A stretch of DNA of 62,686 nt, filler included, from Chiloscyllium plagiosum (taxonomy: Eukaryota): assembly GCF_004010195.1 (NCBI RefSeq). It is 3 parts of one record of this genome, joined end to end, with 100 filler letters (N's around TTAATTAATTAA, not from the genome) between each part and the next. Parts side by side here need not be neighbours in the genome. Positions count along the whole stretch, not along the records: positions 22,855 to 45,318 come from NC_057714.1; positions 45,419 to 62,686 come from NC_057714.1; 1 more part is not named here. One strand, 5' to 3'. Positions 39,601-52,974 of the stretch are shown here, piece by piece (position 1 is the first letter of the stretch; each line of letters opens with the position of its first letter). The position numbers and the translations under genes were made by a program. A model generated the notes under the pieces. It was given only the letters and a program-made list of their open reading frames with translations. It was not told the origin of the DNA and ran no database searches.

Positions 39601-41357
39601 TCTCTCTCATCCCAGGAGCTTGTGTCATCTGCCATTTATGAATGGCCATGTGAAAATCAAGTAATCAAGTTTGCCAGGTATCAGATAACAGGATCCATTA
39701 CCGTTTTGGATATCCTCTTTGAGATAAGTGAGAAATGAGGTGGCACAGAGCACTTCATGTTTTGGTGAGGCAAAATTGTGAGTAAATGCGTTGGCGGGGG
39801 TATACTTTAATATCATATTGTTTTCTGCCAGATATGTGCAACAGATGGACAGAAGTGTTACAACCACAAGAACATTAGAATTCATTCTAGGAGGAGGCCA
39901 TTCAGCACCTTGAGCCTACTCTGCTTTCATAACGTTATGGTTGATTTGACTGTGGCCTCATCTCTATAATTCCTGCCAGAATTGGGAAAGGTTAATATAG
40001 ATATGTGTTTTAAGCATCACTCACAATGCTGATGTAAAATGGTTTCTCTCTACTGCACTGATCTGTGAATCCCTAGCCTTAAAGAGAGTGCTGGCCGTAA
40101 ACCTAACCCATAGTGACTCAGATGTATTAACATATGCAATAGTCTATACTCTTTTGTTGATCAAATATATAACTGAATATATAAATCGATTCAACCACAC
40201 AGCCTCCACCACTCTCTGGGGAACTGAAACTTATATGCCACAATAATATTACAGCAATCTTGATGACTAATAGAGAATGAGAAGGCAAAAGAGAACCTTA
40301 CCTGGCCTCAAACCCAGATAAATGTTAACTGTAAAAATGTACATGGTCTTTTTACCGTGGTCTTTGAAAGAAGGGAAGAGTAAAATGTTTCTTCTGTGAT
40401 CTTTAAACTAACCCAATGTATTCCAAGACTAGCACATTAAAACTTCAAGAAATTGATAAGTTAAGGAAAGTATGTTCTCACTTAAAGACGCAAAGAGAAA
40501 TATCATCCCATCTATCAATCAGAAAATAACAGCACAGGGCAAATTACATTTGCTTCCCTGCCCAGAGGAATGTGCTCATGTTTTCAGGCCTGACTCACTG
40601 CTATGATCTCATCCTTTCTTTACACAACTAATTCAGAGGCCTAAATGTGAATTAAGGTCAGTTTCTGTCCACGTTTGCCTGCACAATGCTGCATCACTCA
40701 ATCACACCCAACAAGCATTTAACAGACATTAAGAAACAATTCATTGCTCCTCAGACGAGTTTAAATTGACTGAGCCTGAGGAAGAACTTGGGAATATGAA
40801 TGACATTTAAGTAGATGCGTTGCCCTTGGGGAGATGTGTACAGGATACCAGGGACAGCCTGATCCACATATTGTTCCCCCAACAGTGAAGCATCATAATG
40901 ACCTTCATCAAATCCTCTGGATGTAAACCTAGCCTTGCCATTTTCTCTTCTGGAGTAACTACAAGTTTGTGTTATTTGTTACCTAGAATAGAATGGAGAG
41001 TGGAGGTTTGTCCAATAATTGTTAGTGAGTGTTGATACTCAGCATATCTTTGGTACACTCAGACGTACATGAATCAGCCTTCCATGACTGATTAATCTGG
41101 TCTCACACCATTCCTAATGTATTTTGAGTGATGCTGGATCTATTCTAGTTATAAACTTTCAGGGTAATCTGCACCAATCTCCTTTAAAGTTCAGAGAGGG
41201 GGAGGCCAACTGAGTAAGCTTCTTAAGTCATGCTCACAGCCTGGGAAGTACAGAATCATGAGAACATTCCATAAAGATTACATGGCAATTCAACACATCA
41301 CCAATATTAATGTTATGTCTCTGATTCTTCTTGAACCATCAATGTGTCTGAATAACT

Positions 41358-41708
41358 TGGCACAGTGGTTAGCATTGATGCCTCACAGCTCCAGGGGTGC
41401 GGGTTTGATTCTAGCCTTGGGTGACTGTCTCTGTAGAGTTTGCACGTTCTCCCCGTGTCTGCGTGGGTTTCCTCCGGGTGCTCCGGTTTCTCCGGTTTCC
41501 TCCCATAATCCAAAGATGTGCAGGTCAGGTGAATTGGCCATGCTAAATTACCCATAGTGTTCAGGGATATATAGGTTAGGTGCATTAGCTAGGGATAAAA
41601 TGCAAAGTAACAGGTTCGGGGAATGGGTCTGGGTGGGTTACGCTTCGGAGGGTCAGTGTGGACTTGTTGGGTCGAAGGGTCTGTTTCAACACTGTAGGGA
41701 TTCTATTC
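41358..41708 (+). mobile_element. HE1-like SINE
   Basis: Same consensus as 27661-27977. Confidence 0.85.
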
Positions 41709-42989
41709 CATTAGGTTCTCAAAAATTATCATAAAGTAGTAATGAGTTGAGCAAAAAGCAATATATTTTGAGTCAACGTATATTTAAATATATTTAATAA
41801 TCCATTGTGCCACCCTCATGCCCTCATTACATTGTAGGTTTCCCCTTATCATCACTTGCAGTGTAACCTGGCCATTAGGAGGAGTGAAGTGCTCAATGTA
41901 ATGGATGTTGCCTCGGATGACTGTGACCCATCCTTTAGAGTACGCGGTCTTCCGAGCTCTGTCTACTGGGAGCTCTTGCACTGCTGGCCTCCTCGCCTAG
42001 TGGGGCTAATGAACTCAATGGTGGAGAAATGAGGAACTGCTGCCAACCTTTTGGGTATCCTCAGAAGAACATTCCAGTAACTCGTGCAAGCTCCTCCTTC
42101 ATCTTGTTGTAAAATGGTACATCCTTGTCTTCCTGAGGGGAGGAGCTGCCAAACAGTGCTTTATTGTCTGCTTCTTACACTGCCAATGCTGCACTGAGCT
42201 GAACTGATAAAATGCATGTCTCACTGTCTATGGATCCAATGCTTGACCTTAGTCACCATGGCAGTCAGTGTCCTCTCTGTGGATGAAACCATTTGCTGAA
42301 GTGCCTGAGACACGGTAGAACTCATGTTATGTATGGACTCTTGCATGCCTGATGCTTATTTCAGCCTAACCTGTGCTGGTTGTAGCCATGACCAGAAGCC
42401 CACCATCAGAGTGTCACTCAGTAGGAGCCTCACTCCTAATGCTTCTCCAATCATCGCTGGCTGTCACATCCTCCCTCAGGTGCTGGGATGTGAGTTTGGT
42501 GTGGTCAACAGATTGTGCTCCTTGATCTAAATGTAAACCCTTTATATTTTGTAATGTTCCAAGATACCGATTAGGCAGCCGATAGTACATCCTATAGGCC
42601 ATTGGCTTCATCATCACCAAAAGTGAATTTTCTGGTGCCACAGTATCAAATCTGAATCATCAAATTTGGATCTGGACCCTTAAACAACTGAGATTCACAT
42701 TCTTCACAGTGATTGTTGCACTGACATTTAATTTAATGAGCAGAAAGAGTTGATAGATTTGGATGGACTAAAAGTATCAGAAAGTTTAAATGCTGTTATG
42801 TCAAAACCAAAAGACATAAATAACTCAGGACAATAGTTCATACCTAGGCCTCTAAAGGAGACTTATATCTAAAGTGATGGTTCCAAACAACAGAGGGAAG
42901 GTCATTGATGAAGCAGCTAAAGATGGATGGGCTGAGGACACTATCCACAGGAACTCCTGCAAAGAATACCTTGAGCTGAAATGACTGAC

Positions 42990-43182
42990 ATTTCAAAATG
43001 TGTGGTGCTGGAAAAGCACAACAGATCAGGCAGCATCCGAAGAGCAGGAGAATCAACGTTTCATTGCTTAAGCCCAAAACGAAGATCCTCCTGCTCCTAA
43101 GATGCTGCCTGACCTGCTGTGCTTTTCCAGTGTCACACCTTTTGACTTTGATCTCCAGCATCTGCCGTCCTCACTTTCTCCC
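42990..43182. mobile_element. PLE-derived hairpin mini-element
   Basis: Inverted arms around AACGTTTC...; TGACTGAC at 42982 and 43183. Confidence 0.75.
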
Positions 43183-43369
43183 TGACTGACTTATGTGCCA
43201 ATTATGACTCCAACTATTGGAGAGTCTTTCTCCTGATATCCATTGATTTAAGTTTTGCCAGCGCTGCTTGATGCCACACTTGGTTGAATGCAGCCTTGAC
43301 GTCAAGGGCTGTCAGTCTCACATTACCCCCCGGAATCACAGTATCTCCAGCTGTTGGTTGGTTGGAACC

Positions 43370-44782
43370 AACTTGAAAAATGTACATATTACAGAGGAGC
43401 AAGTGCTGGATGTCTTGACATGCATAAAGTTGGATAAATCCCCTGAACCTGATCAGGTGTATTCTAGAACTCTGTTGAATGCTGATTGTTGGGCCCCTCG
43501 CTGAGATATTTGGATCATCGTTAGTCACAGGTGAGGTGCCGGAAGGTTGGAGGTTGGCTAACGTGATGCCACTATTTAAGAAAGGTGATAAGGAAAAGCC
43601 AGGGAACTATAGACCAGAGAGCCTGATGTCGGTGGTGGGCAAATTGTTGGAGGGAATCCTGAGGGACAGGATGTACATGTATTTAGAAAGGCAAGGACTG
43701 ATTAGAGATTGTCAAGATGGCTTTGTGCATGAGAAATCATGTCTCACAAATTTGATTGAGATTTTTGAAGATGTAACAAAGAGGATTGATAGGGGCAGAG
43801 TGGTGGACGTGATCTATATGGACATCAGTAAGGCGTTTAACAAAGTTTTTATGGTAGACTGGTTGGCAAGGTTAGGTCACATGGAATACAGGGAGACCTA
43901 GCCAGTTGGATATAGAACTGGCTCAAAGGTGGTGGTGGAGGGTTGTTTTCAGACTAGAGGCATGTGACCAGTGGTGTGCCACAAGGATCGGTGCTGGGTC
44001 CACTGCTTTTTGTCATTTAAATAAAGGATTTGGATGTGAACGTCGGAGGTATGGTTAATAAGTTTTCAGATGACACCAAAATTGGAGGTGTAATGGACAG
44101 TGAAGAAGGTTGCCTCAGAGTACAATGGGATCTTGCTCAGTTGTGCCAATGGGCCGAGAAGTCGCAGATGGAGTTTAATTTAGATAAATGTGAGGTGCTG
44201 CATTTTGGAAAGGTAGATCAAGACAGGACTTATACACTTAATGGTAAGGTCCTGTGGAGTGTTGCTGAACAAAGAGACCTTGGAGTGCAGGTTCATAGCT
44301 CCTTGAAAGTGGAATCTCAGCTAGGTACGATAGTGAAGAAGGCATTTAGTATGCTTTCCTTTATTGGTCAGTGCATTGATTAGAGGATTTGGGAGTTCAT
44401 TTTACGGCTGTACAGGACATTGGTTGGGTCATTTTTGGAATATTGTATGTAATTCTGGTCTCCCTTCTATCGGAAGAATGTCGTGAAACCTGAAAGAGTT
44501 CAGAAAAGATTTACAAGGATGTTGCCAGGGTTGGAGAGTTTGAGCTATAGGGAGAGGCTGAATAGGCTGGGGCTGTTTTCCCTGGAACAACGGAGGCTGA
44601 GGGGTGACCTTATAGAGGTTTATAAAATCATGGATAGGATAAATAAACAAAGTCTTTTTCATGGATTGGGGAGTCCAAAACTAGAGGGTGTAGGTTTAGG
44701 GTGAGAGGGGAAAGATTTAAGTGACCTAAGGGGCAATTCTTTCATGCAAAGGGTGGTGTGTTATGGAATGAGCTGCTAGAGA
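43370..44782 (+). mobile_element. CR1 LINE RT domain and 3' region (frameshifted)
   Basis: DKSPEPD, NVMPLFKKGDKEKPGNYRP, VDVIYMDISKAFNKV, GVPQGSVLGPLLF, KFSDDTK. Confidence 0.92.
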
Positions 44783-45318
44783 GTTGGATGAACTTCGGAT
44801 CTTTCGGGAGGCAGAGGGGGTCATAGATCAGAGTTATAGGGAGGTAGTAACTCCAAAGATGGCAGATAGATGGGTGACAGTGAGGGGGACTGGGAGGAAG
44901 CAGCCAGTGCAGGGACCCCCTGCGGCCGTTCCCCTCAAGAACAAGTATACCGTTTTGGATACTTGTGGGGGGGATGACTTACCAGGGGTAAGTAACGGGG
45001 CTCAGGTCTCTGGCACGGAGCCTGTCCCCGTTACTCAGAAGGGAAGGGTGAAGAAGAGCAGAGCAGTAGTTACACTTCAAGAGAAAACAAGGGGCACAGA
45101 TAGGCGGTTTTGTGGGAACGAGAGAGACTCACGTTTGGTATGTTGCCTCCCAGGTGCAAGGGTACGTGACGTCTCTGATCGTGTTTTCTGGGTCCTGGAG
45201 GGGGAGGGGGAGCAACCCGAAGTCGTGGTCCACATTGGCACCAACGACATAGGTAGGAGGAGTGCTGAGGATGTTAGACAGGCTTTCAGGGAGCTAGGTT
45301 GGAAGCTCAAAGTTAGAA
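44783..45318 (+). mobile_element. CR1 ORF1 fragment with SGNH-esterase-like domain
   Basis: PLKNKYTVL...VCCLPGARVRDV...VVVHIGTNDIG; ends in gap. Confidence 0.8.
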
Positions 45319-45418
45319 NNNNNNNNNNNNNNNNNNNNNNNNNNNNNNNNNNNNNNNNNNNNTTAATTAATTAANNNNNNNNNNNNNNNNNNNNNNNNNN
45401 NNNNNNNNNNNNNNNNNN
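45319..45418. other. Assembly gap with artificial spacer
   Basis: 44N-TTAATTAATTAA-44N. Confidence 0.95.
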
Positions 45419-45917
45419 CGCTTCTATCTGTCTCTCCAACCGATCCACTCGATCTGATAAGTTTCGCATCCAACAGCATTTATGGCAGATATAATCCGCA
45501 GTAACCCTTAAACTCTCTTTAAACTCCCACATCTGACTAGAAGTACACATCACTGCAAAGGCCATTTTTGCTCCTTCACAATCTACAGACCCAGAAAATA
45601 TTCCTCTACAAACACTGCCCCAGATAAATTAATAGCTATGGCTTATATTTTAAGTTTAATCAAAAGACTTATATCCAAAAACATATAATCAAGAAAGAAT
45701 CCACTATACTCACTACTGCAGCCTTTCTCTTGGACAGACTTAAAACAACAATTAACTTATCTGATTCTGTGCTGTGAACTTCACCCAACAGTTCCTCCAA
45801 GATTAGTTGTGAATTTCACTGTTTGTTAATTTTCCCAAATGCACTCCGATGCCCATCGATACACGAATTCAAACAGCAAGGCGGTAACTGTACAGGTTCT
45901 CACTCTCTCTCTCTCTG
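45419..45917 (-). mobile_element. CR1 5' end: 5'UTR and ORF1 N-terminus (zinc finger/leucine zipper)
   Basis: MAFAVMCTSSQMWE...YICHKC...LSDRVDRLERQIEA. Confidence 0.7.
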
Positions 45918-46231
45918 TTGTTGGGATTAATGCAGAGAATTTTCCTCCATTACAAATATATTATCCCTGGTCATATCTGAGCTTACACTTAAAGTCATGA
46001 TGAAATTTCCAAGTGAGGTTCAACTAAAAGAAGTGAATGAGATGTGTACTTGAGTACTTTGAATGCTCCAAGTCACAGTATTTGAGATTCCACTGTGACT
46101 TGTAGCATTCAAACCAGTCCGGTTTCAACTTGAAGTGAAATATAACCTGCAAGATTTTAATTCATAAAGTAATGCAGTTATGAAGTTCTTACCAATCTGT
46201 GAAGGTCTTGTTAATTGTTGCCACTGGTTAA

Positions 46232-46239
46232 TCATTTTG
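46232..46239 (-). CDS. Putative last coding exon of Kunitz gene (Pro-Lys-stop)
   Basis: Strong acceptor ctttttctttcctgtccgacag|CA AAA TGA completes the phase-1 Kunitz exon; followed by donor TTG|gtaaga at 46193 and ATTAAA at 46156-46161. Confidence 0.5.
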
Positions 46240-46899
46240 CTGTCGGACAGGAAAGAAAAAGTGATTCATTATTAATCAGTTACAAATTATGAACCAAAAG
46301 TCAGTGTTTAAAGGAACAAACTGGATTTAGATATTAATCATTTGTCTCTGTTATCGATGGATCAATTTGACATGCTGGCAGTCCAAATTACTCGAACTAG
46401 TGATTACGTCAGTGAATATAATGCCCAGTCCTCCCATCTGGATTTCTGCTGTAGCAATTACTGGGTCCAGTGACTATTGAGTCAGTGTCCAAATGAAAGT
46501 AAACTACACTTGGCTCCCAGTCATCAATTCAGTAAGATCTGGGAAAGCATAATGAGAAATCTCACAGGAAATTCAACAGTGGCTTCAGGATTCCATTGAA
46601 CAGACACTTCAACAAAGCTGATATCCTCCAGTAAGTAAAAGCCACTTGTATCATTGAGCTTTATGGTGAGATCAAAACAAAATGGTAACCATTCCCAGGT
46701 TTGATACAGGACTAACTTCTCAAAGAAAATATTCCTGTTGAAAATAAAAGGATGGAAGTGGAATTTCAGTTACTGACCCCTTGAAACTGCCTCCATCGAA
46801 CTCTGGCTAATGAGATGAAATTGGACCTCACTGATTTCAACTTTGCAGCTGGTGATAGTAAGATATTTCAAATCTCACACAAAAATTGGCTGCAACTCA

Positions 46900-48470
46900 T
46901 CAAGCTATTAAATCAAGGAATTAATTTTGGAAACGCTCAGTAGATCGTGACCAGAAGGATAGAGAGTGTATATCTAAAAAGCAATCACCAAGTCATGTTG
47001 GAGGGTTTGAATATAATAAAAAGACAGGTCTAAGGCTTAGTATCTGTATGCATATAATTTACAGAACAACACAGATGAACTGACTATGTAATTAGAAATA
47101 TAAAGGAAGAAATAAAGGGAGGTTGTCAGAAAGGTATAACAATAATTTTGGGGGATTTCAATCGACATACAGAATGGAAAAATCAGGTGGGCAAAGGTTG
47201 CATAGAAGTCAAACTCATTAACTGTGTTCAGGTCTTTCTTAGAACAATGTGCTCTGGACCCAGCAAGAGAGCAAGCTGTGTTTGACCTGCTATGTTGAAA
47301 TGTGATTGGATTAATGACTGAAATCGTAGCCCCTCAGTCACAGTGATCATAATATGACTGAATTAATCAGTTAGGTAAACATGTGCCAAAGGGAGAGTTG
47401 AAGAGATTACTTAAAGATACTACAGGAAGGTATTTGGACAAATTCAAGGTCATCAGGCATTCAAAAATTTGCAAATGGGATATCATGCTCAACCAATTTA
47501 TCTCAATACTTTGAAGAAGCAATATGTGCTGTGGAGAAAGGGAAACCTGTGATGCACTGAGAATTTCAGAAGGCATTTATGAAGGTGACACTTCAAAGTT
47601 TATCATGGAAATGAAGACTCATAATATCGAGTATGACATCTTATCATTGATAGAAGATTGAGCCAACAGAATGCAGAGAGCACACATACATGGACCTTCC
47701 TTCGGTTTGTCAGATGCATTGTGCACAGAATCACAGGGCTCTGTGTTGAATGACTTGGTTGAAGGAACTAAAGGTAATGTTGCTCGATTTGCTGATGACA
47801 CAAAGGTTGTAGAAAGTTAACTTCTGGAGAGGAAAAAAGACTAAAAAAAGATTTTCAGTAATGGTAATAAAATGTGAGAAAATGTGAAAATGCCCACTTT
47901 TTCAGGAAGAAAGAGAAACAAAGATTATTATCTGAATAGTGAGAGATTGTAGAGCTCGAAGATACACAGTGATCTGAATGTCCTAGTGCACAAGTTGCAA
48001 AAGGGAGGTTTACAGGTATAGCATATAATTAGAAAAGCAAATATAATGTTATTGTTCACTATAAGGGAATTGAATAGAAAAATAGAGAGATTATACTTCA
48101 TCTGTAAAGGGTACTAGATAAAGGGTACTAGATAGGGTTGATGGACAGAATGTTTTTTCCCCCAGAGTTCAAATGTCTAATACTAAGGGGCATGCATTTA
48201 AGGTGAGAGAGGGGAAAGTTCAAAGGAGATGTGAGAGGTTTTTTACACAGAGAGTAGTAGAGTCTGGAACATGCTGCCAGGACTAGTGGTGGAGACAGAT
48301 ACAATAAGGGCATTTAATGGTCTTTTAGATAAGCACACGAATATGAACAGAATGGAGGGATATGGATCAAGGAGAGCCAGAAGGGTTTATTCTAATTTGG
48401 CATCATGTCAGGCACAACACTGTGGGTTAAAGGGTCCATTCTTGTGCTGTAGTGTTCAATGTTCTATGTT
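46900..48470 (+). mobile_element. Old degenerate CR1
   Basis: GDFN, RFADDTK and 3' FTQRVV remnants; boundaries approximate. Confidence 0.6.
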
Positions 48471-48716
48471 CTACCCATCCAGAGGAATATTCCATCGCTT
48501 ACTCACCGCAGTATTTCTAGCCTTGTAGCTATTATGTTTATATGGTGAGTGATGAGTTTCTGGTCAATGGTAGCCCCATGGATGTTGACAGTGGGGATTC
48601 GGTGATGGTATCTCCATTAAATGTCAAGCGGAGGTGGTTAGATTGTCACCTCTAGCAGACGGTCACTGCCTGGTATTTGTGTGGCACGAAAGTTACTTGC
48701 CACTCGTTAACCCAAG

Positions 48717-48929
48717 GAGAAAGTGTGGACTGCAGATGCTAAAGATCAGAGTTGAAGAGTGTGGTGCTGGAAAAGCACAGCTGGTCAGGCAGCATCCAAA
48801 CAGCAGGAGAGTCAACGTTTTAAGCATAAGCCCCTCATCAGGAAGGACGTATGCTCGAAACGTCGACTCTCCTGTTCCTCAAGTTCTGCCTGACCGGCTG
48901 TGCTTTCCTAGCACCACACCCTTCGACTT
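48717..48929. mobile_element. PLE-derived hairpin mini-element with 11-bp TSD
   Basis: GTTAACCCAAG at 48706-48716 and 48930-48940; inverted arms centred on hammerhead. Confidence 0.8.
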
Positions 48930-49574
48930 GTTAACCCAAGCCCATGTTAAGTAAGACTTAATATCTGGATCTTCTTCAGTCTTGGTGACAAAGACTTTCA
49001 CATTAGTGTAACCATATACATGGTTCCTACTATGGAATAAACAACATTGACTCTAAGACAAGTCTCTTCTTGTTAGATTTGCAAGTACATTTCCACTGCC
49101 ACACTAGGTTAATCAGGTCCTGTAGCTCTCTATCCTGACTGATGACAGCAAATCAGACTTGTAGTGGGCACTATTACAGAAGAGCTCATAAGACATGATG
49201 AGCAGTGGTACAATTGCTCATGCAATACTGGAATGGCAGGGTGACAGGGATAGAGGGTGATAGTCATGTCGGCTGATATTTGTGTCAAGTGGGAGGTGAT
49301 ACGTTGGTAGTTGGATCAGGTGGTGGATACGAAGATTGTCAGGTTTGTGAGAAGTGGGTGGTGAGGGAGGAATCAGATCTGGATACTTGTTAGGTGTTCA
49401 GGTGGGTAGTTGGATGGACAAGTTCCTCGACCACTATGTTGTCTTCTCTGTGCAATGAGACAGGGTTATTTACTAATGCAGTCATAAAAGATCAACTAGG
49501 AAATAATGATCATAATATAATTACATTTCATGTGTGGTTTGATAATGATGAATTTGAATCGCAAACATGAATCA

Positions 49575-50115
49575 AAGATATATCAGAGATAACCACCTGA
49601 CTACTCAGACCCCTAAGAATTTTAGTGGCCCATGAACCAGTAAACACCTTCCACCAGCTCCTCACAAAAGTTAAAGACCCAACACCCACATCCAACAAGA
49701 GTAATGTTATCCCTGCAAAGGCTGTGAAAAATACTACATCGAACAAACAGGAAAAAAACTGACTATACGAACACATGAACATCAACTTGCTACTGCCAGG
49801 TATGACCAGCATTCTCTCATTTCCAATGACACAGACAACTAAGGACACAAATTCAACTGGGATAATGTAACCATCCAAGCACATGCAAAACAGAGTCATG
49901 CCAGGAGAATGTACTCCAACCAGAACTTAATCAATAGACACATTGAACTACAAACCAATCAGAAACAGACCCTCAAATACTAACAAACAGAGACATACAC
50001 CAGGCGAGACAGAGCACCAGCACCTTATCAAAAATATACTGACGATGTCACCTAGCTAGGCGACAAAACGTTTGCAGAAAAATGCACCAGCTTGGTGAAC
50101 GAATCCATAACTTCA
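49575..50115 (+). mobile_element. PLE 3' fragment of a different family
   Basis: KVKDPTPTSNKSNV..PCKGCEKYYI.QTG GIY-YIG remnant; hammerhead-like CTGACGA-T-GTCACCTAG/CTAGGCGAC-AAAACGTT at 50039-50072. Confidence 0.7.
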
Positions 50116-50789
50116 TTTCTATCCTTGTTCTTGAACTCTAGGGGCTTAATCTGACTTATTTTGGATATAACTAAGTTGTGATGAGGTTTTGCAAGTTTTC
50201 TCATGCCAATGCCTCACAAGATTTCTTGCTGTATCTAACCAAACATGCCTCATTACCTACCTGCCCTGCCCCTATGATGACCCCTACTTCTGAATCTAAA
50301 ACCATGTTCCAAAACAACTCACTCCCACTCAGCAAGTATCTGTCAAAAACTGCCATCTTTGATCACTGTGCTCTTTTTAAAAGGACATTCTGCATCCAGG
50401 CAAGTATTGCCCTGCTCGCAGAGGCACATTTTCTGAAGGTGTCTGAGAAGGCAAAGATGGCACCATGATTTTCCAACAGAGACCTGCAGGTCCTGGTCAA
50501 GGGGGCTATTCACAGGAGAGGAGTCCTTTACCAGGAGGGCCAGCAGAAGAGGCCATGCCACCACACCCTTGCAACCTGGTCTGAGGTTACCACCCTGGTG
50601 ACTCCCACATGACAGTCGATGAGGTTCTCTGCTCTTCTCTCAAATATGCCATATATACTCTATCCCTGCTACTGTGTCCACCTTCCATCTGGTGGTGATG
50701 CCGGGATGTTCACTGATCCTGCAGAGAATCAATGCCTCCATCATAAGCCACCCTCTTGACTCCTTGAGAGTTCCGAGGCCTCAGCAAGG

Positions 50790-51236
50790 CTGCCCATCCA
50801 ACCCTCCCATTGGCCCAGATACATTGGGGAGACTGGACGCCTCCTAGCAGAGCGCTTTAGGGAACATCTCTGGGAGACCCGCACCAATCAACCACACCGC
50901 CCTGTGGTCAACATTTCAACTCTCCCTCCCACTCAGCCGAGNNNNNNNNNNNNNNNNNNNNNNNNNNNNNNNNNNNNNNNNNNNNNNNNNNNNNNNNNNN
51001 NNNNNNNNNNNNNNNNNNNNNNNNNNNNNNNNNNNNNNNNNNNNNNNNNNNNNNNNNNNNNNNNNNNNNNNNNNNNNNNNNNNNNNNNNNNNNNNNNNNN
51101 NNNNNNNNNNNNNNNNNNNNNNNNNNNNNNNNNNNNNNNNNNNNNNNNNNNNNNNNNNNNNNNNNNNNNNNNNNNGATTTTACTGCTCCTTGGATGCTGC
51201 CTGAACTGCTGTGCTCTTCCAGCACCACTAATCCAG
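50790..51236 (+). mobile_element. PLE 3' part spanning N gap (50942-51175)
   Basis: YIGETGRLLAERFREHL GIY-YIG; terminus GATTTTACTGCTCC...CACTAATCCAGAA. Confidence 0.8.
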
Positions 51237-51639
51237 AAGAGTTGGGTATATATCAACTAGAAACATAAGAAACTTATACATTTTCAGATTTGGCTATGAG
51301 AATGTAGAAAATAATAAGGAAGAACACTGATCGCAAGCAGGTGGGACTAGTTTAATTTGGGATTACGTTCAGCATGGACTGGTTTGACCGAAGGGTCTAT
51401 TTCCATGCTGCATACTCTATGACTCTCAGAAAATCTAAAAAATTCAATAAACCGAAAGCAAGAGGAATCCCAATTAAGACTGATTTAAAATTGCTGAACA
51501 GTAATGTACACAGGGCTCATAATACAGCAGAAGAGCATTCATGCAATAGGAGAACCCAGAAGTAGTCACAATTACTGAGATGTGGCCGCAGAAAAGTCAG
51601 CACTGGAAATTAAGTATTGTAGAATGCATCATATTTAGA

Positions 51640-52525
51640 AAACTTGAGTTTGCTGAAAAGGCACATTTCATGGAAAATGTTATGCACGAAAACACCTTTG
51701 ATCACGTGTCCATCAGGCAGTGTACAGCACGTAATGTCCTCAACACTCTGTGGTAAAAGGAGAGGGTGGATCCTGTCAGGTTGATCGCTGAGGGACCTGT
51801 CAAAGTCATTTGGTAGAATGGTTCATCACCATAATGTTCCAACTATCACCAAGACATTGCTTGGCTGGCAGTGAGAAGGGAACAGCCTGTGAGATCCTTC
51901 ATGTTCACTTGGTTGGACTGAGCCACCATACATTGCATCAAAGCAGCTGCAGTGGAAGAGACTGTCACACATACCCTGCTGGAATGTGTTATCGCAAAGA
52001 AAGTCTCAGGAAAGACGCAATGATTTTTGTCAAGATTTGTCCCAAGCAGATTTGTGAATCAGAACTCTGTGCTCTCCAGTCTGTTCCTCAGTGTGCACAC
52101 TGAGACAAACATCAGCTGCACCTGGAGGACTATTAATTCAGTGAAAGACACTCTTCGGTTTGCCCAAAATATGTTGGTTTTCCAGAGCAAGGAGTTAACC
52201 TCGACCAGATGTTGCAGCCTGGTATATTCCAAGGTCCATCCTGAGGGACATAGTAAAACTTGGGGCACAATGGGGCAAGACCACAGTCTGAAGTCTCTCT
52301 GTCAAAATACAGTGGGAGTCCATTCAGTTATCAGACCCACGCAGTGCCTTAAATATGTATAAATATTGTCATGTATCAGGAAGAAATGTTTTGGGCTTTA
52401 GTCCAACTGCAGGAACTGCTAGGTTTCCAATGTTTGCTTGTTTCATGTGCAAAGATGGTAAAGAAATACTTCAGCAACAGTGTACGAATGCAAAGATTTT
52501 GATGAATAAAATATATTTTTGTAAA
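51640..52525 (+). mobile_element. Tx1-like LINE 3' fragment
   Basis: C..S.CSGRE.V.H..LEC zinc-knuckle remnant, WRTINSVKD.L..A.N.LVF; AATAAA at 52505. Confidence 0.55.
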
Positions 52526-52974
52526 AAGAGTTGTCAAAGATTTTCATTTTCCACTCATCAGGAAAACTTGCAAGAGTATAGTAAAGGAAGAAAAAACACC
52601 ATTTATAATGTATGAGAAGATTGTGCCAATCTGTTGGAATCTGCTTCCTGAATAGCCAGCATATGTATCAGACTACTGAAAGGTTCGCAAATGCTGGATA
52701 GCAATGCCCATCAACAAGGGGTGTATGGTTTGTGCTCAATGATGTTGTACAGCCCTAAGCAAAATGGAGGTCCTTCAGAGGAAGTGGTGAGTAGAATTCC
52801 CTGGAGAGCCGCTCTGATTGCAATGTTTACCTTGTTTAGCACGTTTGGTAAGATAGGAAACTGAATATTAATAAGGGGAACTGGACCATTTACAAGGTGC
52901 TTAACTTGCAATACTCCTGTTAATTGGCAACTCATTGCTGCCGAGTGAGAAATTGACAATGTAGATTGTGAAAA

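Noticed and set aside
39100..42420. Possible Harbinger/Myb-like DNA transposon remnants (also ~10150-10680 and ~50450-50640)
   Set aside because: Too degenerate to support with motifs, TIRs or TSDs by eye
46147..46192. gt...ag mini-intron after the Kunitz stop exon
   Set aside because: Only 46 nt, below the normal vertebrate minimum intron size
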